Source: the human T2T-CHM13v2.0 reference genome, Homo sapiens
NCBI GenBank assembly: GCA_009914755.4
Contig: CP068257.2
Location: forward strand, 39,168,001-39,232,000
DNA: 64,000 nt
Direction of reading: 5' to 3'
Each line of letters opens with the position of its first letter. Position 1 is the stretch's first letter. The notes under the pieces were generated by a model that saw only the letters and a list, made by a program, of their open reading frames with translations, was not told the DNA's origin and did no database searches. Of this stretch, positions 43,322 to 57,480 are shown in pieces. Both the position numbers and the translations under genes were made by a program.

Positions 43322-43633
43322 GGCCTGGCTCAGTGGCTCATGCCTGCAATCTCAGCACTTTGGGAGGCCGAGGCGGGCGGATCACTTGAGGTCAAGAGTT
43401 GGAGACCAGCTTGACCCACATGGCGAAACCCCGTCTCTACTAAAAATACAAAAATTAGCCGGGCTTGGTGGTTCATGCTTGTAATTCCAGCGGCTTGGGA
43501 GGCTGAGACAGGAGAATTGCTTGAACCCGGGAGGCAGAAGTTGCCGTGAGCCGAAATTGTGCCACTGCACTCCAGCCAGGGTGACAAAGCGAGACACCAG
43601 CCCCCCAGCACCGCCCCCCCAAAAAAGAAAGAA
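43322..43633 (+). mobile_element. Alu SINE (diverged)
   Basis: ggcctggctcagtggctcatgcctgcaatctcagcactttgggaggccgaggcgggcggatcacttgaggtcaagagttggagaccagcttgacccacatggcgaaaccccgtctctactaaaaatac ... gccactgcactccagccagggtgacaaagcgagacacc. The 146-aa ORF 43330..43770 lies inside it. Confidence 0.85.
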
Positions 43634-43659
43634 TGCTTAATCTTAGCATACATACATTG

Positions 43660-43681
43660 TGTGTGTGTGTGTGTGTGTGTC
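43660..43681. repeat. (GT)n microsatellite
   Basis: tgtgtgtgtgtgtgtgtgtgtc. Confidence 0.85.
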
Positions 43682-44855
43682 AATAAGTGTGCAAGATGAG
43701 GAGAGAAAGGAAGACAGACAAGGAGGCCAAAAACAGATAAACCATAAAAAAAAACCATTAAGCTGCTCAACGAAAAAGTGAGGCTGCAGATGTGAAATAT
43801 GAAATGAATTGTAAATTATTTTGAGGTCAAAGTTACACTAAGTTGAATCCTGTAAATCTCAATTCAACTTGTTTAAGGCTTTCAAAACTCACAACGTGGA
43901 ACACATTTTTAAACTTAAAATTTTTCAGGATATGAATGAGGGAAAATGGATATTTGGGTGATACCAAGTTATACTACATAACAAAAAATATAAATATTTA
44001 TAGGTGTGCTTAACCCTTCATTTTCTGGTTACTAAAAACCCAAATAGCTTTATACTAACAGGAACCAAAATTGATCCCAATGATTTGTAAAATAATAGAT
44101 GGTGATTGCTACAGTGAAACCTCACCCAAATTCACTGTCAATACTACATTTTTGTATACTTTAATTTCAAGAGAAATACAAAAAACAGAAGAAATTAAAC
44201 TTGTCAGTTATGAGTTGATTGAAGCTGATTAGCCCTTCAGGATGTGCCCTCTGATCCATACATATTGCAATGCAGTCAGGTTTCAGCATCTCTTGGGTTA
44301 TGCTGTGATAAAATTATAGAATAATTCTCATCAGGTGTTATAAAATCCCTGTCAATGACTCCATTCTGGCACATAGTTTGCAGAAACGCAAATTTCACAG
44401 AGTCTCAAAAGAAAAAAAAAAAGTAGGCAATATTGGCAGTAATTAAACACACAAGGCTATAAAATCTATCCACAGCTTTAGTTTAACGGTAAACTCACAT
44501 TGTGAGACACCGCCATGGGGATAATCTAGACCCAACCTTATCAGCAGTCATGCTTGGATCATCCCCATTGGGCTCCCTCTGTCCCCCAGCCTCCCACCTA
44601 GGTCAGTACCCAGCCGCCATCACTGTCCTAGTGGCAGATCATCTCACCCCGGCACCGTGGAATTAGCCTTTGCTTGGCCACCCTTCCACCAATTCTCTCT
44701 GCTCTCCAATGTCTCTTATGTGCGGCAACCAAAATACTGCATTGATTGCTCAAATAGAGATGAGCATTTTAACACACGAATCTTCAATTCAATTCCATCT
44801 AAATTTGAATTCAAATCTTTCCACAATCTGCTCCCTATCCCATTTTTATTATTGA

Positions 44856-45176
<321 letters not shown>

Positions 45177-45554
45177 TAGATGTGTCTTCCACCATGACTT
45201 TGCACAGCAGCTTGATAGAATTCAGTGTCTCTCCCTCCACACCCGGGGACTTCCCTCATTTTCCTCTTTTCTCCTGCCAATCTTTTCACTGCCCACGTTT
45301 CCCAGTCAAAAGCATACACAACCTTAAAAGTAAAGTTTTTAAATCCCCCTCTCTTTGAAGCCCTTTTTAAATAGGCTAATCAGAAGTTGTTTTCTGCTTC
45401 CATAAACACTGCAGAGCTTTCTCTGTATGTCCGACATGGTGGTCATTATTGGGTACACCCTTTTAGAAGCTGTGAGCATGTCCTATTGTCCTGGAGACTT
45501 TGCCATGACCCAGAAAAGAGGAAGTTGTTTTGTTTCTTGCACAGTCGTTAATAT

Positions 45555-45690
45555 AGTGTTTTTTTCTCATTTATTTATTCAACAAATATGGAGGGAGCAA
45601 CTTACGTGTCAGTCCTTGTTCTAAGAACTGAAGATACTACAATGGGCAACACAAAATCCCTGCTTTCTTGGATGTTACAGTTTAGTGCAT
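45555..45690 (-). mobile_element. MIR/L2-tail relic, low confidence
   Basis: tttctcatttatttattcaacaaatatggagggagcaacttacgtgtcagtccttgttctaagaactgaagatactacaatgggcaacac, compared with 'cattcattcaacaaatatttattgagcgcctactatgtgccaggcactgttctagg'. Confidence 0.3.
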
Positions 45691-45694
45691 ATAG

Positions 45695-46063
<369 letters not shown>

Positions 46064-47689
46064 CTCAGTAAACATTTTCAAAAATTTTTGAACCAAATAT
46101 CTTTGTATTCCTCAAAGTATATACAACATATCAGAAATTACATGGCTAGTCAACAAAGATTTTTTTTTTAAGTAAGGGGTTTTATTGTTATATCTTTTAT
46201 GGGTGCGTGAGAGTTGAGAATTCTAGGGCATAATGCTTGTTGATCTTTTAATTAAAATACAAGTGCAGATCTTCCAAATGCAGAAACTATTGTCACACAG
46301 AGATATACTGTCATTCCATCAGAAATATAAATAAATAAAGTAGAACTGAAGAGACAGCAATGACATCCAGTCCCTAAGAGCTATACATTGCTTTAAACAA
46401 CATTCATTGGTTTAATTATTCAATCAGTAACTACTTACTGGGCACCTGCAGCCTGTTAGTCACTCTTCTAGGTGAGCACAGTAGACAAATGTGGGCTTCC
46501 CCAGTTGGGAGAGACAGATGATAAACTTCTAAGTATATGATTTTAAGTACTCTGACTTCCACAAAGAAACCTGAAGCATGGCAAGGAGAAACTGAACAAT
46601 CAAGGAGGCCACTTTGTTTTAGATCAGGTGGTCAGGGAGACCTCTCTTAGGTGGTGATATTTGGACAGAGAACTGAAAGAAGTGAAGAAGTGGGGCGGGA
46701 AAAGGCCAGGGTAGAGCATTCCAGGCAGAACACGCGGCCAGTGCAGTGCTGAGGAGAGGACCAGCTCAGCAAGCTGTAGAAACATCCAGGTGGCCAGCAT
46801 GGCTCTGTGGAGGGGGTGGGGTGGGCCAGCCCAAGCCAGGCCATGGAAGGGGTTTGAGGTGTAGGCAATGCTGTGTTTATTTTGGGGATGAAGGGAGAGG
46901 CTTTGGAAAGAGGAGTGATGTAATCTGCTTTATATTTTGAGGAAATCCCTTGGCTACTGGGTGGAAATTCAGCTGTGAGTTGGCAGATTATCATGATAGT
47001 CCAGGCAAAAAGGAGAACGCAGCTTGAAGGAATTTAAAGGTAGAAGAAATGGTCAGATTCTTAAAGTAGCATCACTAGGACATGCTGGTGGTTTGAATAC
47101 AAGATGTGAAGGACAGAGAGGAATCAAGGACGACTCTGAGATTTCTGTTCTGTGCAGTGAGGGACGAGCGATGCTCAGTTTGAATGACCAAAATGTGAGA
47201 TAGAAGTGGTTACAGGGAGGAAAATCCAGAAGGCCTCCTTCAGAGAGTTTAAATGTTGAGATACCTGTGAGTTTTGTAAAGGGATGTTGAGTAGGCAGCT
47301 GGATTTCAGGATCTGGATTTGAGCTCAGAGAAGAAATCATGGATAGAGATACGAATATGGAAGTCATCAGCATAGAGAGGGCATTTAATGCCTTGACCTA
47401 AATTAAATTATATAGAGAGGAATTAGAGAGAGGAAGGGAAGGGAAAGGAAGCAGAGAGGAAAGGAGAGGAGAAGAGAGGGGTAAGAATTAATCCCTGGAG
47501 TGGGCTGCAACATTTAGAGTCTAATTAGAGGGAAGAAGCTCACCAAAGACACTGAGAAGGAGAAGCCAGTGAGGCAGAGGGAAACCCAGAGAGTGAGGTG
47601 TGCACGGTCCAGGTGAAGGTGTTTCAGGAAGGGAAGTGTGATCTGTTGTGTCACAGCTGCTGAGAGAGTGAACATGAGGAAATCTAGAA

Positions 47690-47925
47690 ACGTGGCCCAT
47701 GTGTGGTGGCTCATGCCTGCAATCTTAGCACATAAAGAGACCCCCATCTCTGCAAAAAAATTAAAAATTAGCTGGGCGTGGTGGTGCAGCACCTGTAGTC
47801 CAGCTACTCAGGAGGCTGAGGTGGAAGGATCACTCGAGCCCAGGAGTTTGAGGCCATGGTGAACTGTGATTGTGCCACTGCATGCCAGCCTAGGCCACAG
47901 AGTCAGTCCATGTCTCAAAAAAAAA
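47690..47925 (+). mobile_element. Alu SINE with a large deletion in the left monomer, followed by an A/GAAA-rich tail to about 47960
   Basis: gtggcccatgtgtggtggctcatgcctgcaatcttagcac[deletion]ataaagagacccccatctctgcaaaaaaattaaaaattagctgggcgtggtggtgcagcacctgtagtccagctactcaggaggctgaggtggaaggatcactcgagcccaggagtttgaggccatggtgaactgtgattgtgccactgcatgccagcctaggccacagagtcagtccatgtctcaaaaaaaa. Confidence 0.75.
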
Positions 47926-48569
47926 AAAAAAAGAAAGAAAAGAAAGAAAGAAAATAAACAGAAAAAGAAGACTAGAAATGTGGAAGTCATCAGCCTCATT
48001 GACAAAAGCAGATTCAATGGAGTGGTGAAGAAGACCCTGATCAGTGTGTGTTCAACAGAGACTGAAAGATGAGAGTGTCAGGTGAGTTGAAACAGCGCTA
48101 ATCGAAGTGTGTACAGACCAGCTGCTTGTTTCTTGTCTACAATGAGACAAGCACAGAAACTGAGAAGTTGCTGCAACATTCAAGGGTGTGATCAGTGGGC
48201 TCCATTCTCAGGAAGGGCGGTACAGGCAACTTTGTGTATCGTTCAACTCATGTGATAAGAAGCATGAGCAACAAGCTGTGTTTGAGGCAAGTACTGTAAG
48301 GACCTCACATCAAGCTGCAACAGATTGGAAAATGAAAAACTGATCTTTCAGCACAGTTAGTTTGAGAAGCACTAGTATACTCAATTCTTTCCAGTAGTTT
48401 TACTATTAAAAAGTATCAGAGGAATTGGATGGAAGAAGGAAGTGGTGACAAGATGGGAGGTGGTGGTTGTTAGTACGTTTTACAGTGGTAGGGATAACAG
48501 AGAGAAAACAGAATGTTGATATGCTGAGCTGGAAGAGGGGGAAGTTGAGGCTGAGATAAAATGCAAGGG

Positions 48570-48712
48570 CAGGACTGATGCAGTGGCTCACACCTGTATT
48601 TGCAGCACTTTGGGAGGCTGAGGCGGGGGGACTGTTTGAGCCCAGGAGTTCAAGACCAGCCCAGGCAACATAGTGAGACCCTGTTTCTATAAAAATAAAT
48701 AAATAAAAATAA
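48570..48712 (+). mobile_element. Free left Alu monomer (FLAM-like)
   Basis: gcagtggctcacacctgtatttgcagcactttgggaggctgaggcggggggactgtttgagcccaggagttcaagaccagcccaggcaacatagtgagaccctgtttctataaaaataaataaataaaaataaatac. There is no right monomer. Confidence 0.6.
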
Positions 48713-49109
48713 ATACAAGGGCAAAGTCTTTAAGCAGATGGGAGATGTGGAATTCTGGACATGAATGGAGGTTTCAGCTTTCAACAGGAGCAAGGCCAGG
48801 GCTTCCATGGTCACAGTAGCGAAGGTCATGTGTATGGGTCTGGTGTGGGACCTGAGATTAAGGTTCCATATTGTGTTGCTGTGAACGGGATAAATTCAGA
48901 AGAGCCTCAAAGGGCTTACCTGCTAGTTCTCCCCCACCCATGAGCTGTCATGGATAAAGTCCCCTAGCCAAATGGCACTCCGCTCATAGGGACCAGGCAC
49001 AGTGCCTGCTTACCCATGAGTAGTGGGCTTCGGTCTCCCGTCAGCCTGTGGAATCAGCCAAATAAGCCAATCACATCCTCCCTCAGGAACCAGGGGACAC
49101 CCCACCCTC

Positions 49110-49403
<294 letters not shown>

Positions 49404-50501
49404 ACCATCCCTTCTTGTTACTACAAGGTCTGCTTCCCGCAGCCCCTGCTAGTTCACTCTGTATGGCCTGCCCTGTCCTACTCCCCTGGGCTGTGGGAAT
49501 ACTTGAATGCAACACTGCTGTCAATTTTATCTGCCCAGGGTCATGTGTTCAACCACCCCTATAACTGAATCCCCCATCATCAGTGGGGTGAAAGGGAGGC
49601 AATAAAAACAGGAGTGGACGCTGATCACATGAAAAATTGAGTGTGTGGGTGTGTATTGGAGAGCAGGGAATAGTCCAAGTATTCACTTGATTCTTCGGTT
49701 TTCTCAGTAAATCATATGAGGTTATCGACTCAGAGTCTGGGAAAGGAAGGGGAGTTTGAGGTTTGGGGAGGTGAGAAAGGTGTGAAGTAGTCTTCCCACA
49801 GACACAGAAATCAACTAGGGCAGTGAGGTAGATTGAGGGCAGAGCTAAGAGCCCACTCGAGGTTTGTGGTCATGCATAATGAGACCAGTCAGAGCACAGT
49901 GTGTGCAGCGAGAGCTCCTTGGTCAAGTGCAGCTGCTCTGATGCAATGGCAGATAGGCTGGGGCTGTATAATCAGGTATATCACAAAGTCTATAGTCTCT
50001 GAGACATGGGTGAGTAGGTGTGAGCACCTGGTGAAACAGGTCAGAGGAAAAGCAAGTTGGCGTTGGAGTCAGCTGTCAAGAGATAGATCCGTGATGGTAT
50101 CGAGATCACTACAGACAGGTGGTGGTCACCTAGTGTTGTCCGCTGAAATTTGGAGGGTTTAATTTTTAATCCAAATACCATAGAAATGGATATGAAAAGA
50201 TGGGTGACACATGCTGCACGTTGGGAAGTGGGGATGACCAGGTGCTTAGTTGCATGGGAGAGGCCACAAGTGCTTGGCAATGTTTTCGTGACTGAGCCTC
50301 TCATCTCAGGAATGAGCTGAGATTCCAGAAATGCTGGGATGAAAACAAACCAACCCTGAGACTCCCAAATTGTTCTCATATTGCCACATTTTTTCCCACA
50401 TCTTCCTTCAGAAAAGCTTAAGAAAGCCATGTTTGCTATCTGGCTCTTCTTAACTCTCCCCATAACTTACATTTCCAGTTTTCCAGATAAGCATGGCCAT
50501 T

Positions 50502-50940
50502 TGTGTTAGGTCATTCTTGCATTGCTATAAAGAAATACCAGAGACTGGGTAATTTATAAAGAAAGGCGGTTTCATTGGCTCACAGTTCTGCAGGCTTTAC
50601 AGGAAGCCTGGTGCTGGCATCTACTCAGCTTCTAAGAAAGCCTCAAGAAGCTTACACTCATGAAGGAAGGTGAGAGGGGAGTAGGCAGGTCATAGGGTGA
50701 AAGCAGGAACAAGAGAGACAGGGAGTAGGTGGGGGAGGTGCCACACACTTTTAGATGACCAGATCTTAAGAGAACTCCCTATCACGAAGACAGCACCACG
50801 CCATGAAGGTTCCCTCCTAATGGATGGCGCCAAGCCGTGATCCAAACGTCTCCCACCAGGCCCCACCTCCAGCACTGGGAATTACAACTGGACATGAGAT
50901 TTGGGCAGGGAAAAATATCCAAGCTATATCACCACTCTAA
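50502..50940 (-). mobile_element. THE1/MST-family MaLR solo LTR
   Basis: tgtgttaggtcattcttgcattgctataaagaaataccagagactgggtaatttataaagaaaggcggtttcattggctcacagttctgcaggctttacaggaagcctggtgctggcatctactcagcttctaagaaagcctcaagaagcttacactcatgaaggaaggtgagagggga ... tgatccaaacgtctcccaccaggccccacctccagcactgggaattacaactggacatgagatttgggcagggaaaaatatccaagctatatca. This is the reverse complement of the 'tgatatggtttggctgtgtccccacccaaatctcat...ttataaattacccagtctcaggtatttctttatagca' consensus. Confidence 0.7.
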
Positions 50941-53900
50941 ATAGTATGTGCACTCGGAAACCAGCTGACCTATCTGGGGCTCACTCATCCAGGAAGACAG
51001 CCTGGAAGTCAAGTGCAGGAGTTCTGGAATTAGACTGCCCGGGTTCAAATCCTGCTTCCACCCCGGCTCAATGTATGCCTTCTCTAGGAAAGGCATTCAC
51101 CTTTGTAAGTCTTGAATTTCCGCAAGTGTAAAGTGGAAATAATACCAACAGGCACCTCAAAGACTTGTTTGTCAATTAAATGGGATGGTAGAAAAAAGCA
51201 CTTAGCACAGTTTCTGGCACACAATAAGAGCTCAATGAATATTAGCAATTACTATAAACAGGTTCATTCACCACTCCATAAACAGGTGATTCTGTCAGTA
51301 TTACCATAGTATGAAATTCAGGCTGCTTAGGCCATAGACAAGAAGACAAATATCTTTAAATTTCTCTGTAGTCAGACTCTCCATGGGATCCCTGGCCAAG
51401 GTTTGTGAGGTGGCTGATTGGACAGGATGAAGGCAATTGTCACGACAGGGGACCAACCAGTGGACCCAGATGGTGACTTCATTAGAAAAGTATTCCAACC
51501 AGCACCACGCAGTGTGTATCCTGCAGAGGGGCCAACCAGGCAATAAACCGAGTTCCACCACCTTGCAGCCAGCAGCCGAGGGAAGCTCTGAGCTCTGAGA
51601 GAACTGGTCTATTTTCATCACATTTGGACAATGGACACACTCCACAGAAGGCAAATGTCCTTTCTCAGAAGACATATATCACATATGAGTAGCTGGCTTG
51701 AACCTTAACTCAGTGTGAGAGAGTAATAAGAATATCACCATAGTGTGGCACAGGTATGCACACACACAGGCACACACAGGCATAGCTTATTCTTATTTAT
51801 TACAAGAGCTTTCAGTCAGGCTGAAATGTCTAGGCAGTATTTTCTAAACTCTTTAAGACGCATGTCCCATGGACACTTCCGGTAAAATGATTCAGCTTCA
51901 ATAAGATTCAGACGCTTACTAACAAAACTAATTTGGGTGTTTTTTCAGAAAAGCTCAAACTGATACAAAACTCACAATTTCAGCCTCCAATTAGCAATTT
52001 CAAAAATATTTTGATTCTGATATTTTGGCATTGAGAAAATTGGTAGTCAGTTCAGGACAAATGAAATAGAGTGTACTTAAAAACAGATGCATGATTTAAA
52101 TTTGAGAGTTGGGGAAAGATTCTATCCTGTAATATGAATGTAATATAACTGTCATCTGGTCTCCAATTTTACTCTTCCCAACAGAATGCAATCTCATGAA
52201 ATAGTTGCACCTCTGAAGTGGGTAAGAGTTAATTAACCTGTCTCTTACTTATCTAACTTAAGTAAGCGAAATGGCTGACATGGAAAAGTAAATGAATTTT
52301 CCATTTATACACCGATTTTTAAAAACCGATCTTTCACTTTCCCAAAACTACTCTTTAAAGAAAATTTAACATAATCATTTTCAGCTTGAAAACTTCAAAT
52401 GAATGAATGTGGCTTGATTTGGGAGAAGATTTAAAGACTGTGACACCAGACAACCTGGGCTCAAAGTGCTATTCTCAAATCACAGTTGCCACCTGACCAG
52501 GGCCTGATAGTCAACATTTCCAAACCCTGGTTTTGCAATCTGTAAAACTGAAATTAAAAATATCCATTTGACTGAGAATGAACAGAGGTGTAGTCCTCAT
52601 TCTGTCATTCAACAATTGTGTGACCATGAGCACATTGTCTAACCATGCCTTCTTTACGAGGGTCATAATAACAATACTCACATCTAGTAATAAATCATAA
52701 ATTCAAGCTATTGTTTTTATGATCATTACTATTGTAGCTAATAAACATAACGAGTGCGAATCATATGGTCACTCAAGTGTCCACACACTTTAGATGCCCA
52801 ATACATACGAGTTTCCTTTTACCCTCATTCTTTTTTAGGGAAATAATTACAAGGAGGATATCTTTCTTCAAAGCAAACCAAGAGATTTTCATTTCTATGA
52901 AGGAGATTACACAATATTCGAAGGGGTATGTGACAATCTATGCAGATAATTACTCTCTCTATGAGTAATTCTTGTGGCCCAGGGGTTCTTAGGATGCGGG
53001 AAGCTGGAATGGTAATATATGGTATCATCGTGTGACCTGCTCTTGAACGCAAGAGGCTATCGTTTCCAGCCAGATCAAAACACAGGCAAATTCTGATTTA
53101 AAAAACTGCACATATTCTACATGCTCTTATTTCTTGTATCCAGACTACCCCATTAAGCTAATATAAAGGGAGAAAAAGTGATAGGGTGCAAGGAAAAATT
53201 CAATCACTGCTAAGCTCATCAAACTACACAATGAGCCATGGTAATCTGCAGCCTTAGAGAAGAAGCCCATCAATGACAACAACACCATCGATATTTTCTA
53301 CTCACATTCTTTCCTATGCAGTCCCAATTTTCTTACATTAGGAAGCATTTCATCAACATTTTAAGTTAACGAACCTCAAAAAATCACCCAGTCTAAAGTA
53401 CACGGCATGCAAGAGCAAACCTAAACTGTGTTATCAGAAAACAAAACCAGATGATGTCGTGCCTTTTTAAGGAAATATAAACCTAAAATAAACCGAGAAC
53501 ACCCCTCCCGGGGCCATCACATACACAAGAGGCAGAGACTTAGGCAACACTCAGAAGGGAAAGGAAGGCAAACAGCGAAAAGTCTCTCAGAGAAAAAGAT
53601 TTCATGGACTTTGGAGCCACTACAGCTGTCTCTGCACTCTCCTCTTCAAGCGTTTCTCCACATCTAGTATCTTCAAATCATTAGTGCTTTCTAGCTACGG
53701 TTTCAATATTTCCCAGAGGTCTCTCCAGTCCAGCCTTTGCCTGAGAGAACAGGTTACAAAAATATCCCCTCTCCCTTTTACCAGGCAACAAAGAGAATTT
53801 GCAGTGCTTTGAAAACAGAAATCCACATCCACAGGAAAAACAGGCCTCCGCCAGCCGCAGAAAAGGGTGCTTCAGGCACAGGGCAACCAGGCGAGAGAAA

Positions 53901-54262
53901 ATGCATTCAGAGCGGTTAGCACACAGGATTAATCACATTATAATTTAATCATCTGATCAAACACTAATTAGCATAATTGCTTGAGGGAGAAATGGCTGGA
54001 GGAACCCAGGAACACCCTGAGCATCCATGTTCTTAATGACAAAAGAGGGAACACAGATTTGGCTTCCCTTTCTTCATAAGAAAAGAAAGAAAATAGCAAA
54101 TAAAGTTAATCAATGACAAGCATCACCAGCTATGGTTTTAGCAGCCAAAGGAATTGCAACTGAGATTCATGACATTTTCCTTCCTCCTCTCTCTCCAGGA
54201 CCACTCTAAAATCCATGGAAAAAACGCAGTACTGATGTTACGGTAACTAGACTCTGAGCTAT

Positions 54263-54487
54263 TTAAGTCTGTGTTCTCAACCTTGGCACAATGAAGATGT
54301 TGAACTGGATCATTCTTTGTCGTGGGGAGCTGTCCTGTGCATTACAGGGTGTTGAGCATCTTATAGTGAGTGTCCCCTCCAGATGCCAGTAGCAACCCCC
54401 AACCAGATGTGTGACAACCAAAAATGTCTCCAGACATTGCTCACTGTCCTCTGTGGGTGCAAAATTGCCCTCCGTTAAGAACCACTG
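54263..54487. mobile_element. hAT-type MITE (non-autonomous DNA transposon) with ~14-bp terminal inverted repeats
   Basis: gtgttctcaaccttggcacaatgaagatgttgaactggatcattctttgtcgtggggagctgtcctgtgcattacagggtgttgagcatcttatagtgagtgtcccctccagatgccagtagcaacccccaaccagatgtgtgacaaccaaaaatgtctccagacattgctcactgtcctctgtgggtgcaaaattgccctccgttaagaaccactg. The termini (ca)gtgttctcaac ... gttaagaaccactg are inverted repeats. It matches the 'cagtggttctcaac...gggctgtcctgtgcattgtaggatgtttagcagcatccctggcctctacccactagatgccagtagcacccccagttgtgacaaccaaaaatgtctccagacattgccaaatgtcccctggggggcaaaat...gttgagaaccactg' family. Confidence 0.55.
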
Positions 54488-54608
54488 AAGAACACAGCTT
54501 GTCCGGTGCATACTTCTTTTAAAAGTAACCAAGTCATAAAAATAGGGGAGGAGTCTTTTTATTTCCATTTGCCAAAAAATAATGAGCCTAAAATAATAGT
54601 TGCCCAGT

Positions 54609-55029
<421 letters not shown>

Positions 55030-57149
55030 TCAAAGACCTTTAGGGAGACACTTCCAGGAGCACCTTTGAATAGGGACACTCACAGGCTCAGAGAACTCCA
55101 ACCCTTGCTTCTAGACTTCAGTGTGCCCTGAGCAGGCAAGAGGTCACAGCAATGTCTTCCACCTACCCAGGAGAGAGCAAACCACCAGTGACTTTGAAAA
55201 TGAATAAACCCAGAGAAGGCCTCCAGACCCCCCAGGAAAATACAGCTTTCTCCCTCCACTCTCACTGAGCACATGTAAGCTCTAATATTTGCTCCCAGTT
55301 TCTAAAGAGGGAGAGAGAAAGGTGAACAAGATGGAGAGAGGTGAAATGCCGACTGCTCCTCCATTTCTTGCAAATGTATCTCCACCACAATCGACTCATT
55401 GCATAAACTTAACCTGCCTTGGCCACCAGTCAGGCTGGACCTAACAATATTCACTCTTATCAAGAGATGCTAGAGACCCCAGGGAAAAATACTCAACACT
55501 TATTGCTGCAGGAAAGAAATATTTTCTATGGGTTAAGGTGATTTGTTCTAATAATAATACTGAGTCACATTATCTCTCATTTTTATTTTTTTTATGAAGA
55601 AAGTGTTTCACCATTTACAATTACTCATGAGTCTAACACAGGTTATTAAATCTGATGATGGAAATATTTATGCCCTTTCCGTGGCAGAAAGATGGGAAAA
55701 GATTGACCTACTCTACTACAAAATTTAAAAGAGAACAGTCTGTGCTATACCATGTAGGTTGTGAAAACTCCAAATCAGAGAGGAACTGTGAGCTATTTTA
55801 AACTGAAATCTTCTTCTGCAATTCCCCTGTCAGAGCTTGTGACTTCTTAATATAATGCCCCCACCCCCTTTTAAAGGAACATGAGTATAGGAAACTATTA
55901 TTGTAAAGAGACAGTCTACCCTAATTCCTGTAGTGATGAGTAAGCAGAATTCACATTTATTCAGCCTACAATGGCTTTTATACCATTTCCTTCTAAAGCT
56001 AAATTTCAAAACGGCCACTCAAAAAGGTAATTTCTATAGTGAATCACAATAAAATCACCAAAGGATTATAACATCAAACTTGTTTAAGATGCCTAGGAGG
56101 GAAAGTTATTTTTAATATTATCTAAAATAAGATCTCAGGACACAAAAAGGTATTTTTAAGGTTCTGAATTTAGGCCTCTCTCCAGCACACATTTGAGTCT
56201 ATTTTAGTGCCAAAATCAAGGACACGATGTTTTGAAAAAATTAATCTGCCACCAATAACTGCCCTCTATTTTGTCATATATGTAACAAGGTTTAAAATGC
56301 ACATATGCCCTTATATGCCAGCTTCTCTCTTTTTTCTGACAACTTAGGATAATGACATATACTTTGTATGGTAAATACAGTCAACTTGTGATTATTTACC
56401 TAAAAGAAAGCCAAGAAAATCCAACAGAGCAAATGACCCAAAGCCCTTCAGATCTGGCTCTGGAATGAGCTTGTGCCCTGGACAAAGGAATGTGCAGCAT
56501 CCCAAGGCGGCATCAAAGCAAAACCTCTAGCTGCAAACAGATCCACTCTCCTGCCCTGTCTCAGCCCGTTCTAGCTCATCTCTTAAGCTTGTTCAGTAGA
56601 GTTACCCAAATGGTTTCCCACTATGGATCTCTTGCCTGGAGCTTCATGGTTACAGGCAGGTTTCAAAGGGCTTCTCTGCTGGGACTCCAGCTGCTATCGA
56701 AGAAGGGACCAATGTGAGAAATACAATGGAATCAAGACCATAAGCAAAGCACAAGCATTTATAAACCTGAATATCAAATACGCTAACAGGAAGAAAAAAT
56801 GGTGCAAAGAGATAGATATTAATACACACAGATGATTCGTAAGCTGCTAGCATCCACATTGGGAGTGCCTCTGGCAGGATCTACATACCCCTCTACTCAG
56901 AATCTTTCTTGTTACTAAACCCCAGCACCAATTATCCCGAAAGATGCCCAAATTCTTATGGTGGTCAGTGAAGACCTAACCCTGTATACAGACATTCCCA
57001 ATAAATTACTACCCAATACAGAGTTCTCCAACAGTTCATCGAGATGTACTTGGAACTTTACTGGATCAACTTCCTAGCTACTGTTTGGGTAGCTTCTTTG
57101 CAAGTGTGTGTTTTGCAAAGGTGAATTATGGTTCATGTGGATCAGAACA

Positions 57150-57480
57150 GGCAAAGGCATGCGTTAATAATGCAAATTCACAGGTCGTGCATACACCAAG
57201 GCTACAGAATCAGACTCTCTGGTATCAGAGCTGGAAGACGACATAACAAACATGGAAACCATAACTTGGGAGACCCCAGTGGTGGTGGGAAAAACAAGAC
57301 AAAGTCACATGGGATTAGAAACACCTGGGGAGCTTTCCAAACTACAGCCCATTCCCCACAACGCTGGCATCAGAATTTCCAACAGGAGGCTAATGAGAGG
57401 AAATGCATCTCAGGAAACTTCCATATCTCCTTTCTCTGTTCTCCCTGACCCAGAACACCGGGGTGTTGAGAACCAGTGTC
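57150..57480. mobile_element. Ancient DNA-transposon-like relic (hAT/MER-type), low confidence
   Basis: gaaacacctggggagctttccaaactacagcccattccccacaacgctggcatcagaatttccaacaggaggc, compared with 'cctgggaacttgttagaaatgcagattctcaggccccaccccagacctactgaatcagaatctgc'. Confidence 0.25.
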
